From the NCBI GenBank assembly GCA_964347305.1, contig CAYFYC010000004.1:12784-76783 (forward strand): DNA of 64,000 bases, given 5' to 3'. Both the position numbers and the translations under genes were made by a program. A model generated the notes under the pieces. That model was not told the origin of the DNA. It was given only the letters and a program-made list of their open reading frames with translations, and did no database searches. Below, one piece after another: positions 19,574 to 28,442 of this stretch. The stretch is from an uncultured Acidimicrobiaceae bacterium (GTDB lineage: Bacteria > Actinomycetota > Acidimicrobiia > Spongiisociales > UBA5794). Every line of letters begins with the position of its first letter. Within the stretch, counting starts at the first letter, position 1.

Positions 19574-21232
19574 ATGGCGAAACACCTCCCCGGCATCCGT
19601 GACGAGCGCGGCTTCCAGGCGTCACTCCTCGACCTCGGCACACCGCTCCACGACGTTCCCTTCGTGATCCTCGATCTCGAAACCACAGGTGGCTCTGCCG
19701 CCGACTGTGCGATCACCGAGATCGGTGCGGTGAAGTACGTCGGAGGCGAGCTGCTCGGGACGTTCCACACGCTCGTGAACCCGGATGCGCCGATTCCGCC
19801 CACGATCACGGTTCTCACGGGCATCACGCAGGCGATGGTCATCGATGCGCCGAAGATCGAGGAGGTGTTGCCTTCCTTCTTCGAATTCGTGGGCGATGCG
19901 GTGGTCGTGGGCCACAACGTAAGGTTCGACATGTCGTTTCTCGATGCGGCGGCCCGCCGGCTCGGCTACGGGCGGTTTCCCAACCGACGCGCCGACACGC
20001 TCAAACTGGCGCGCCGCCTGGTCGGAGAGGAGGTGCGGAACCTGCGGCTCGCCTCGCTCGCCGCCCACTTCCGGAGTCCGGTGACCCCGACCCATCGCGC
20101 CCTCGACGACGCCAAGGCGACGGCCCATGTCTTCTTCGAGCTCCTCCAGCGAGCAGGGGCACTCGGCGCCACCCATCTCGACGATCTCCTCCGACTCCCC
20201 ACCGCCCGGGGCCGGCCGCACTACGACAAGATCTCCCTCACGGACGGGCTGCCCCGGGGGCCGGGTGTGTACCTCTTCGAGGACGTGGACGGCGAGGTGA
20301 TCTACATCGGCAAGGCGAAGAACCTCCGGACGCGGGTCCGGTCCTACTTCTACGGCGACACGAGACGGACCGTCACCACGATGATGCGTGTGTTGCGCAC
20401 GGTGAAACACGTCGCGTGCGCGACGGAGCTCGAAGCAGAGATCACCGAGGTCAGGCTCATCCACGCCCATCGTCCCCGGTTCAACCGGCGATCCCGGCCG
20501 CCCCGATCGAGTCATTGGGTGCGCCTGACGAACGAGCCCTTCCCCCGGCTCTCGCTCGTGCGCACCAGACAAATCGACGCACTCGCCCATCTCGGACCAT
20601 TCCGGTCGCGCCGCACGGCAGCGCTCGTCATGAACGCACTCTGGGACGCCACGATGATTCGCCGGTGCATGACCAAGGGAGGTCGAGTCTCCGCCGCCTG
20701 CCGGTTTGCCGAGTTGGGGGTCGCTCTGTGCCCGTGCGACGGGTCGATCGACGAGGCTCGCTACCACACGCTCGCGGTGGCCCCCCTGCTCGCCGGACTC
20801 GACGGGGACCCATCCGCCCTGCTCGATCCGCTGACGGAACGGATCGGGAGAGTGGCTCGCGATCGGCGTTTCGAGGAAGCGGCGGAACTGCGGGACCGCC
20901 ATCGTGCGCTGACGACGGCGATCACGGACCGCCAGCGGTGGCGTGCCCTCGAAGATGCGGGGCTGATCTGGGCGCATCGCTCCGACGGCGTCGGCGCGTT
21001 CATCGACCACGGCCGATTCGTGGCGGCGTGGTCGGGCAACGGAGCCCCACCCCTGGCCCACGACCCGGGCGAGCACGAGACCACCGACACCCCGACGGAC
21101 GTGGCGCTGGCCGAAGAGGCCCGGCTCGTGTGGCGATGGCTGGACGATCCTGAGGTGCGCATCGTGGACAGCACGCACCCGTTTGCCCACTCGATCCACC
21201 GCCCCATCCGTCTCGAACGGCTTGCCGGTTGA
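19574..21232 (+). CDS. DEDD 3'-5' exonuclease (DnaQ-like) fused to a GIY-YIG (UvrC/Cho-like) nuclease domain
   Basis: FVILDLETTG, VVGHNVRFDMSFL and HRALDDAKA form exo motifs I-III. They are followed by GPGVYLFEDVDGEVIYIGKAKNLRTRVRSYF (GIY-YIG). Confidence 0.85.
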   Translation: MAKHLPGIRDERGFQASLLDLGTPLHDVPFVILDLETTGGSAADCAITEIGAVKYVGGELLGTFHTLVNPDAPIPPTITVLTGITQAMVIDAPKIEEVLPSFFEFVGDAVVVGHNVRFDMSFLDAAARRLGYGRFPNRRADTLKLARRLVGEEVRNLRLASLAAHFRSPVTPTHRALDDAKATAHVFFELLQRAGALGATHLDDLLRLPTARGRPHYDKISLTDGLPRGPGVYLFEDVDGEVIYIGKAKNLRTRVRSYFYGDTRRTVTTMMRVLRTVKHVACATELEAEITEVRLIHAHRPRFNRRSRPPRSSHWVRLTNEPFPRLSLVRTRQIDALAHLGPFRSRRTAALVMNALWDATMIRRCMTKGGRVSAACRFAELGVALCPCDGSIDEARYHTLAVAPLLAGLDGDPSALLDPLTERIGRVARDRRFEEAAELRDRHRALTTAITDRQRWRALEDAGLIWAHRSDGVGAFIDHGRFVAAWSGNGAPPLAHDPGEHETTDTPTDVALAEEARLVWRWLDDPEVRIVDSTHPFAHSIHRPIRLERLAG

Positions 21233-21251
21233 GGCCCCGTAACCTGGCTCC

Positions 21252-21797
21252 ATGCCCGACCCCGCCCGCCGACCCGACGTCGTCACGGAGCATTCGCGGC
21301 ACATCGATGCGCCGCCCGAACTCGTGTGGCGAGGACTCACCGGTCTCGACCTGCGTGACTCCCTGGTCGTGCGGTTGCTGCTCGCCGTCCGTGGCCTGTC
21401 GAAGCGCAGTCCGCTGACGCTCGAGGCGCTCGCCGATGGCGGGTTCCGGCCGCTGCGCAGTCGTGCTCCGACGCCGGCGGACCCGACGGGTGAGCTCGTG
21501 CTCGGGCTGGTTGCACAGCCGTGGCGGCTCACCGGTGGCATCCGTCGCGGCGACGTCGGCGACCTGGACACGTTCGACGAGCCCGGCCATGCCGTCATCA
21601 GCTGGTCGTATCTGGTCGACCCGACCCGGGGTGGATGCCGGCTGACCACGCGCACCACCGTCCGGTGCACCGACGACGTCTCGCGCAGACGCTTCATGCG
21701 GTACTGGCGGATCGTCGGGCCCTTCTCCGGGCTCATCAGGCGCGAATCACTGCGTCTCGTGGCGCGACGGGTCGAGCCCATCCGGGACTCCGGGTAG
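21252..21797 (+). CDS. Hypothetical protein, possibly SRPBCC-fold
   Basis: 181 aa. HSRHIDAPPELVWRGLTGLD resembles the start of SRPBCC/polyketide-cyclase-like proteins. The assignment is weak. Confidence 0.4.
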   Translation: MPDPARRPDVVTEHSRHIDAPPELVWRGLTGLDLRDSLVVRLLLAVRGLSKRSPLTLEALADGGFRPLRSRAPTPADPTGELVLGLVAQPWRLTGGIRRGDVGDLDTFDEPGHAVISWSYLVDPTRGGCRLTTRTTVRCTDDVSRRRFMRYWRIVGPFSGLIRRESLRLVARRVEPIRDSG

Positions 21798-21806
21798 CCT
21801 CGCCTG

Positions 21807-23795
21807 ATGCGCTTCATCATCCGACCCGGATCGAGCTCCCAGGCCCGCGCCGACGCCACGCTGCTGTCGGCCATGGGGCTCCCCGGCGGCGGCGTGCTTC
21901 GCGTCGGCCGGACCCATGTGCTCGTGACCCCCGGAGATGTGGCCACACCCAACACACTCCTCCTGAACGAGCGTCAGATCCGCAACGCAGGTGTCTCGGC
22001 CGGTGCTGCGGTCGACGCCACACGGGCCATGCTCACGACCGCCGGTAGGGTGGTCGTGAGCAGCACGGACGCGCCCCTCGACTCGCGCCATCTGGCACGT
22101 TCGCTCGAGGGTTCGCCGGTCACGGTGGGCGACACGGTGGTCGTGCGCGCCGCCTATGGCGAGGGAACGAGCGAGGACGCCGAGGTCACCATCGTCACCG
22201 TGAGCCCGGGCACCGCGGGCCTCGTCGGCTCCTCGACGGTCGTCCACGAGGAAGGTGAGGACCCCGCCGCCGTCGTGGCCCAACCCGCCGGACATCCTGC
22301 GGGCGAGGCTCCGACCGCGGCCGAGGCCCTGCTCGCCGGGCTGCACACCGAACTCGAGACGCTCACCGGGTGGCTGCGGTTGTTGACGTCGCGCGACAAC
22401 CTCCCGGACGCCTGGGGCTTGCCCTCGGTCGCAGGGGTGCTGCTGGCCGGTCCCACCGGCTGCGGCAAGTCCGAGCTCGTGTCGGCAGCGGCCACGGCCG
22501 CCGGGGCCACCGTGCACGAGGTGTCGATGGAGCTCGTCTTCAAGCCGGACAAGCTGCTCGAAGTCCTCGAACGAGCCGTCCGCAATGCCGCTCCGGCCAC
22601 CGTCATCTTCGTCGACCGGCTCGATGCCGTTGTCGGTGACGACGCCCTGTTCCGCTCCCAGGTCGCAGCGATCATGCGGTGGTTCCTCGACACCGTGAGC
22701 GAAAAGCCTCGTGTGGCCTGTGTCCTCGGCGTCTCGTCGGTGGCGCGGATTCCGGCGGCGATCGCCGGCTCACCCCTGCTCCCCAGGGCACTGACCATTC
22801 CCCCGCCGGACCTCGAGCGTCGGACCCTGCTGTTCGAGTCCGCCCTCGCCAGGGTCCCCCACGACGACATCGACTTCGCCAAACTCGCCGGCAGATCGGC
22901 CGGATTCAGTGGTGCCGACATCGTGGCATCGGTGGTTCATGCGAGCGCCCTCATCGCATCCAACGGCGGTCACGTCGACGAGGATCTCTTGCTGCGGGCG
23001 ATCCAGGAGACCACCCCGTCGCTGGGGACATCGTCGCTCGGCGAGATGCCGAGCTATGGGTTCGAGCTCGTCGCCAATCTCGACGAGGTGAAGCAGCGCC
23101 TGACGGAGGCGGTCATCTGGCAGATGCGTGAACCAGACCGGTTCACCCGGCTCGGCATCGAGCCGCCCCGCGGCTTGCTGCTGTACGGCCCACCCGGGAC
23201 CGGCAAGACGTTCGTGGTGCGGGCCCTCGCAAATGAATCTGGTGCCGCCTTCTTCACGGTCAAGGGCGCAGAGTTGCTCGACAAGTACGTCGGAGAGTCG
23301 GAGCGAGCGGTTCGAGAAGTGTTCGCCAGAGCACGCGCCGTTGCCCCGGCGCTCCTGTTCTTCGACGAGATCGATGCCCTCGCCCCGGTGCGGGGCAACT
23401 CCTCGAACTCCGTCACGGACTCCGTGGTCGCCGCCCTGCTCACCGAGATGGACGGGGTGTCCGACCGGGGCGATGTCTTCGTGATCGGCGCCACGAATCG
23501 CAAGGACCTCGTGGACTCGGCCCTGCTGCGCCCCGGACGACTCGAGACACACCTCTACCTCGGGCTCCCGGTGGCAGCCTCCCGCAAGGCGTTCTTCGAC
23601 ATCCAGGACGTCCCGTTCGGAGACGATGTCGACATGGATCATGTGATCGGCGCCACCGACGGATTGTCCTTCGCCGAACTCTCGGGTCTTCTCCGTGAAG
23701 CGGCGCTGCAAGCGTTGCGCCGGGACTCCTCGGCGATCGAGGTCTCGATGGCCGACATGCAGGACGCTCTCGAGCGCTACACCTCGAGCACCTGA
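21807..23795 (+). CDS. Cdc48/VCP-like double AAA+ ATPase (Cpa-like)
   Basis: An N-terminal domain is followed by two AAA modules with Walker A motifs GPTGCGKS and GPPGTGKT. The second module carries LLFFDEIDAL and the second region of homology. Confidence 0.85.
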   Translation: MRFIIRPGSSSQARADATLLSAMGLPGGGVLRVGRTHVLVTPGDVATPNTLLLNERQIRNAGVSAGAAVDATRAMLTTAGRVVVSSTDAPLDSRHLARSLEGSPVTVGDTVVVRAAYGEGTSEDAEVTIVTVSPGTAGLVGSSTVVHEEGEDPAAVVAQPAGHPAGEAPTAAEALLAGLHTELETLTGWLRLLTSRDNLPDAWGLPSVAGVLLAGPTGCGKSELVSAAATAAGATVHEVSMELVFKPDKLLEVLERAVRNAAPATVIFVDRLDAVVGDDALFRSQVAAIMRWFLDTVSEKPRVACVLGVSSVARIPAAIAGSPLLPRALTIPPPDLERRTLLFESALARVPHDDIDFAKLAGRSAGFSGADIVASVVHASALIASNGGHVDEDLLLRAIQETTPSLGTSSLGEMPSYGFELVANLDEVKQRLTEAVIWQMREPDRFTRLGIEPPRGLLLYGPPGTGKTFVVRALANESGAAFFTVKGAELLDKYVGESERAVREVFARARAVAPALLFFDEIDALAPVRGNSSNSVTDSVVAALLTEMDGVSDRGDVFVIGATNRKDLVDSALLRPGRLETHLYLGLPVAASRKAFFDIQDVPFGDDVDMDHVIGATDGLSFAELSGLLREAALQALRRDSSAIEVSMADMQDALERYTSST

Positions 23796-23809
23796 AGCCG
23801 GTCCGTCCG

Positions 23810-24844
23810 CTAGGCGTTCATCTCGCCCTTGGGCGATGCCGACGGGGTGAACTTCTCCGCCTCGGCCTTCGGCTCGCCGCCGGGCTGCTCCGGCGAATCC
23901 TCGTCGTCTTTCACGGTTCGCATCCACACCGTGCGCTGCGGGAACGGAATCTGGATGCCTTGGCGGTCGAAGGCGACCTTGAGCCGGCCGCGGATGACGC
24001 GTGCGGTCGTCCACTGCTCTGCCGGCTCCACCTTGACGGCCAGCCTGATCGCCACGGAGTCCGCCCGGAACGCCTCCACACCCCAGACCTCGGGCTCCTC
24101 GAGGATCGTGGCCTTCTCCAGCTTCTCGTGCCAGACGCCGTCGGCGACCTCCTTGATGACCCGCATCGCATGATCGATGTCGGTGTCATAGGCCACATCG
24201 ATGTCGAGCACCGTGCGCGCCCAGGTCTGTGACTTGTTGGCCACCCGTCGGATCTCGCCGTTGGGAACGTGCCACAGTGTGCCGTAGACGTCGCGGAGCT
24301 CCGTCGTGCGCAGGTTCACGGCCTCGACGACGCCGGCCGCCTCGCCGACGTCGATGACGTCGCCGACGCCGTATTGGTCCTCGATGAGCATGAAGATGCC
24401 CGAGAGGAAGTCCTTGACCAGGCTCTGCGACCCGAACCCCAGCGCCACACCGACGATGCCGGCACTGGCGATGAGCGGGCCCAGATTGATCTCCAGCTCA
24501 CCGAGCGCCACCACGATGGCGATCGTGTAGATCACGATGCTGGCGCCGTTGCGCAGCACCTGTCCCAGCGTGCGCGCCCGCTGCTCCGCACGTGCGTTCG
24601 TCGTGTTGATCAGGTCGTCCTCGTGGAAACTCACGACTCGGTCCACGAAGCCCGAGATGGCACGACGCACGTAGCGATTGATCAACCACGCCACGAGGAG
24701 GATGATCACGATCGCGATGGGGGTTCTCGCCACGTCGGCGAGCGAGGCCACGGTGTCGTTCTTCGTCAGGTTGTAGAAGAACTCACAGAGGGTGCTCGGA
24801 TCGCTCCCACATGCATCTTCCACTGCGGCGGCAAGGATCGACAC
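23810..24844 (-). CDS. Small-conductance mechanosensitive channel (MscS family)
   Basis: TM helices are followed by GSQSLVKDFLSGIFMLIEDQYGVGDVIDV and a beta-domain pattern typical of MscS. Confidence 0.88.
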   Translation of the reverse strand: MSILAAAVEDACGSDPSTLCEFFYNLTKNDTVASLADVARTPIAIVIILLVAWLINRYVRRAISGFVDRVVSFHEDDLINTTNARAEQRARTLGQVLRNGASIVIYTIAIVVALGELEINLGPLIASAGIVGVALGFGSQSLVKDFLSGIFMLIEDQYGVGDVIDVGEAAGVVEAVNLRTTELRDVYGTLWHVPNGEIRRVANKSQTWARTVLDIDVAYDTDIDHAMRVIKEVADGVWHEKLEKATILEEPEVWGVEAFRADSVAIRLAVKVEPAEQWTTARVIRGRLKVAFDRQGIQIPFPQRTVWMRTVKDDEDSPEQPGGEPKAEAEKFTPSASPKGEMNA

Positions 24845-25117
24845 GGATCACTCCAGAGATGTCGCGTACGGCGCCTGACCATAGCCCCGCCGCAGCGAGT
24901 TTCGATGCGTCCAGGACGGGTAGGAGCACCGTATACGTAGTGACAGACGCCACGACCTTCGGTGTTTGCACACCAGACCGTCGCATGAGAACAGAGAGAA
25001 GCCCATCATGAACCCCACCATCCACCCCAGCCTCGTGCTCCGGCTGCACGATCATCGCGTTGCGGCCAGCCTGGCTCGTCGCATCGCGAGCTGAAGCGAC
25101 CCCACACATTCACCTCC

Positions 25118-25151
25118 GAGACCTGACGGTTGATGCCCGCCGTCAGGTCTC
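25118..25151. terminator. 12-bp perfect-stem hairpin at the 3' end of hisA (possible terminator or bidirectional stop)
   Basis: GAGACCTGACGG-N10-CCGTCAGGTCTC. It overlaps the hisA stop codon (25143-25145). No clear U-tract follows. Confidence 0.4.
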
Positions 25152-25859
25152 TCGCGTCACGGCAACGGCTTCGGCGACGGTGAACCGTCCCTCGTAGAGA
25201 GCACGGCCGACGATGGCACCCTCGACACCGTGACGAGCCAGGGCTCGGAGGTCGTCGAGCGTGCCCACGCCACCGGAGCCGATCAATGCCAGCTCGGGGG
25301 CCGCGGCGGCGACCTCGTCCAGCACACCGACGTCGGGGCCGGTGAGCATGCCGTCACGAGCGATGCCGGTCACCAGCGCTCTCCGCACGCCGACGCTCTG
25401 CAGCTCTGCGGCGACCTCTGCGAGTGGTCTCCCCTCGTCGGTCCAGCCGGCCCCACGAGCTCTGCCGTCACTCACATCGAGTGCCGCGACGAACGCATCC
25501 GCGCCGACGGCACCGAGGATCTCGGTGCGAGCGGCCGGAGCCCACACCGCCGCCGTACCGACGACCACCCTGGTGGCCCCCGCCGCGACGGCCGCTTCGG
25601 CACGGCTCGCATCCCGGATGCCGCCTCCGACCTGATACGGGATCCCTGCGGTGCCGAGACGACGCCACAGCTCGAGGTCGTGCGTTCCGTCGCGAGCCCC
25701 TGCGAGATCGACGACATGGACGAGATCGGCCCCGTCTGCCACGAACGAGACCGCCATCGCCACAGGATCGTCTCCATACACCGTCACGTCGTCGTAATCG
25801 CCTCTGGTCAGCCTGACCACTGCGCCGTCGAGGACGTCGACCGCCGGGAGGATCTGCAT
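25143..25859 (-). CDS. hisA: ProFAR isomerase HisA (possibly PriA-type)
   Basis: MQILPAVDVLDGAVVRLTRGDY, YQVGGGIRD, LIGSGGVGTLDDL. Confidence 0.9.
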   Translation of the reverse strand: MQILPAVDVLDGAVVRLTRGDYDDVTVYGDDPVAMAVSFVADGADLVHVVDLAGARDGTHDLELWRRLGTAGIPYQVGGGIRDASRAEAAVAAGATRVVVGTAAVWAPAARTEILGAVGADAFVAALDVSDGRARGAGWTDEGRPLAEVAAELQSVGVRRALVTGIARDGMLTGPDVGVLDEVAAAAPELALIGSGGVGTLDDLRALARHGVEGAIVGRALYEGRFTVAEAVAVTRET

Positions 25860-25892
25860 CGGACTTGTGTGCCTCCTTCGAGGGTGTACACT

Positions 25893-25930
25893 GCGTTTCA
25901 GTGTTTTAGCACATTAAAACACTGAAACGC
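25893..25930. promoter_or_regulatory. Perfect 16-bp inverted repeat with 6-nt spacer; candidate operator in the hisA / yerC-his divergent promoter region
   Basis: GCGTTTCAGTGTTTTA gcacat TAAAACACTGAAACGC. It is AT-rich in a high-GC background and lies between the starts at 25859 (minus) and 25955 (plus). Confidence 0.5.
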
Positions 25931-25954
25931 TACGCCGACGAATACAAGTGGACC

Positions 25955-26269
25955 ATGACGGCACGAACCGACGACGACTGGCGCAACGACGCCACCGCCG
26001 CCCTCTTCGACACCGTTCTCGCCCTCGAGGACCGTGAGGAGGTGGCTGCCTTCTTCAGGGATCTCTGCACGCGACACGAGCTCGAGGAGATGACGGCGCG
26101 CTGGGAGGTGGCACGGCTGCTCTCCACAGGCATGTCCTATCGCGAGATCAACGCCGTCACCGGTGTCTCGACGGCGACGATCACCAGGATCAACCAGTGG
26201 CTCCAGCACGGCACGGGCGGCTACCGCCTCGGTCTGGAGCGCATGGGGATCATCGAGGAGGAGACGTGA
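25955..26269 (+). CDS. TrpR-like YerC/YecD family DNA-binding protein
   Basis: 104 aa. FFRDLCTRHELEEMTARWEVARLL..GMSYREINAVTGVSTATITRINQWLQHG is the YerC/YecD signature. Its stop overlaps the hisG start. Confidence 0.85.
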   Translation: MTARTDDDWRNDATAALFDTVLALEDREEVAAFFRDLCTRHELEEMTARWEVARLLSTGMSYREINAVTGVSTATITRINQWLQHGTGGYRLGLERMGIIEEET

Positions 26270-27126
26270 GCGAAACGATACGGATGGCCGTCCCGAACAA
26301 AGGACGGCTGGAGGCCCCGACCGCAGCCCTCCTCTCCCAGGCAGGTCTGCGATACGAGAAGACGACCAGGGCTCTTTCGATTCCGGTCCGCAACATCGAC
26401 CTCGAGCTGCTCTTCGTGAGGACCGAGGACGTGTGCGAGCTCGTCGAGGACGGCGTCGCCCATCTCGGTGTCACGGGTCTGGATCTCCTCGCCGAGCGCA
26501 ATGGTGGGACCGAGATCGTCACCGAGCTCGGCTACGGACGATGTGCCCTCACCGCGGCGGTGCCCAACGCCAGCCCGGTCGAGGACATCGCCGGCTTCGA
26601 AGGTCTCCGCGTCGCCACCTCCCACCCCAGGGCGACTGCGTCGTTCTTCGCAGGCAAGGGAGTGTCGATCACCACTGTTCCGCTCCGGGGATCGGTCGAG
26701 GTCGCTCCCAAGCTCGACGTCGCCGACGCCGTCGTCGACCTCGTCTCATCCGGGTCGACGATGCGCGTCAACGGGTTGCGGCCGGTGGCCACGGTGCTCG
26801 ACTCACAGGCCGTGATGGTCGCCGGTGTCGGCGTGCTCGACTCGGGCAACCCGATCCCGGGTCGCCTGGCGACCATGTTCCGCGCCGTCGTCGCCGCCCG
26901 TCGCAAGCGGTACGTGCTCATGAACGCGACTCGCGCGGCGGTCGAACGCATCGAGGCGATCATTCCGGGCCTCGACGCACCCACCGTGGTCCCCCTCGCT
27001 CACGACGGCATGGTCGCCATCCATTCGGTGGTCGACGCCGACACGATGTGGGACGTGCTGCCCCGGCTCGAAGAGGCAGGAGCGTCGGGCATCCTCGTTC
27101 TCCCCATCGAGCAGCTCATCCCATGA
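26266..27126 (+). CDS. hisG: ATP phosphoribosyltransferase (long form)
   Basis: IRMAVPNKGRL, the DLVSSGSTMRVNGL motif and a C-terminal regulatory domain. The GTG at 26266 overlaps the yerC-like stop. Confidence 0.9.
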   Translation: MSETIRMAVPNKGRLEAPTAALLSQAGLRYEKTTRALSIPVRNIDLELLFVRTEDVCELVEDGVAHLGVTGLDLLAERNGGTEIVTELGYGRCALTAAVPNASPVEDIAGFEGLRVATSHPRATASFFAGKGVSITTVPLRGSVEVAPKLDVADAVVDLVSSGSTMRVNGLRPVATVLDSQAVMVAGVGVLDSGNPIPGRLATMFRAVVAARRKRYVLMNATRAAVERIEAIIPGLDAPTVVPLAHDGMVAIHSVVDADTMWDVLPRLEEAGASGILVLPIEQLIP

Positions 27127-28442
27127 CGGCTCCTCCCCGCGCCGTGGCGATGCGTCGCATCGTGCTGTCGGAGATCTCGGCCGCCGAGCGAGACGAGCTC
27201 CTGCGGCGGGCCCCGGTTCCCGATCCGACGATCCTCGCCGGCGCTGCAGCGATCGTCGCCGAGGTTCGAGACGGTGGCGATCGGGCACTGCTCGAGGCCG
27301 GCCGACGGCTGGGCGGGGTGGCATCCGACGGCCGGCTCCGCCACGACCGTGCCGACCTCGAGGCCGCCGCCGCAGCCCTGGATCCCCAGATCCGTGGCTC
27401 CCTCGAGCACGCGGCAGGCAACATCGCAACCGTTCATCGCGATCAGGTCCCCCGGGAGACCGTCGTCCAGCCGCAGCCGGGTGTAGAAGTCGCCCGCCGC
27501 TGGGCACCGCACCGGCGAGTGGGCGCCTATGTCCCCGGCGGTCTGGCGCCCTACCCGTCGTCTGTGCTGATGACCGTGCTCCCGGCGAAGATCGCCGGCG
27601 TCCCCGAGGTGGTCGTTGCGAGCCCGGCCGGACCGGACGGATCCGTGAACCCGGTCCTCCTCGCCGCCGCCGGGCTGGCGGGAGCCGACGAGCTCTACGT
27701 CATGGGTGGTGCCCAGGCCGTCGCCGCCCTCGCTCACGGCACCGAATCGGTGGCGTCGGTCGACATGATCGTGGGCCCTGGAAATGCGTGGGTGACCGCC
27801 GCCAAGCTCGTCGTCTTCGGCGTGTGCGGCATCGACCTGCCTGCCGGGCCGAGCGAATCCCTCGAACTCGTCGATGAAACCGCCGAGCCCCGGATCGTCG
27901 CTGCGGATCTCATCTCTCAGGCCGAGCACGGCCCGGACTCGCAGGCCGTGCTCGTCACCACGTCCAGTGAGATGGCCGACGCCGTCGTGCGCGAGGTCGG
28001 CGACCTGCTCGCCCGGCTCGATCGCAGCGACATCATCCGGACCAGCCTGGAGAACCACGGGTGGGTGGTCGTGGCCGCAGATCTCGACGATGCGGTCGCA
28101 TTCGCCAACGCCTACGCACCGGAGCATCTCGCCATCCACACCACCGACGCCGGTACGGTCGCCGATCGGGTGACCCGGGCGGGCTCCGTGTTCCTCGGCC
28201 GCTGGTCGCCGCATTCCGCAGGCGACTACGCCACGGGCGCCAACCACGTGCTGCCGACGGGCGGGCTGGCGCGGTCCTACGGCCCGCTCTCGATCGAGCA
28301 TTTCGGCTCGTGGCGACAGGTGCAGACGCTCACCGAGAACGGGCTGCGGGAGCTGCAGCCCACGGTGGCCGGCATGGCAGAGGCCGAGGGGCTCACGGCG
28401 CACCGGCTCGCCGTCGACATCAGATTCGAGGAGGGCCGATGA
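27123..28442 (+). CDS. hisD: Histidinol dehydrogenase
   Basis: GGAQAVAALAHGT, ISQAEHGPDSQAVLVT, APEHLAIHT, GDYATGANHVLPTGG. The start/stop pair forms an ATGA overlap with hisG. Confidence 0.93.
   Translation: MTAPPRAVAMRRIVLSEISAAERDELLRRAPVPDPTILAGAAAIVAEVRDGGDRALLEAGRRLGGVASDGRLRHDRADLEAAAAALDPQIRGSLEHAAGNIATVHRDQVPRETVVQPQPGVEVARRWAPHRRVGAYVPGGLAPYPSSVLMTVLPAKIAGVPEVVVASPAGPDGSVNPVLLAAAGLAGADELYVMGGAQAVAALAHGTESVASVDMIVGPGNAWVTAAKLVVFGVCGIDLPAGPSESLELVDETAEPRIVAADLISQAEHGPDSQAVLVTTSSEMADAVVREVGDLLARLDRSDIIRTSLENHGWVVVAADLDDAVAFANAYAPEHLAIHTTDAGTVADRVTRAGSVFLGRWSPHSAGDYATGANHVLPTGGLARSYGPLSIEHFGSWRQVQTLTENGLRELQPTVAGMAEAEGLTAHRLAVDIRFEEGR

Noticed and set aside
19622-21955. 777-aa minus-strand ORF
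   Set aside because: It runs antisense across three well-supported plus-strand genes (the exonuclease, the SRPBCC-like gene and the start of the AAA ATPase). Its composition is typical of GC-rich antisense frames.
25008-25094. Histidine-operon leader peptide (attenuator)
   Set aside because: The sORF has only three scattered His codons. It lies on the strand opposite to hisA and is not upstream of any his gene. It is kept only as a low-interest sORF.
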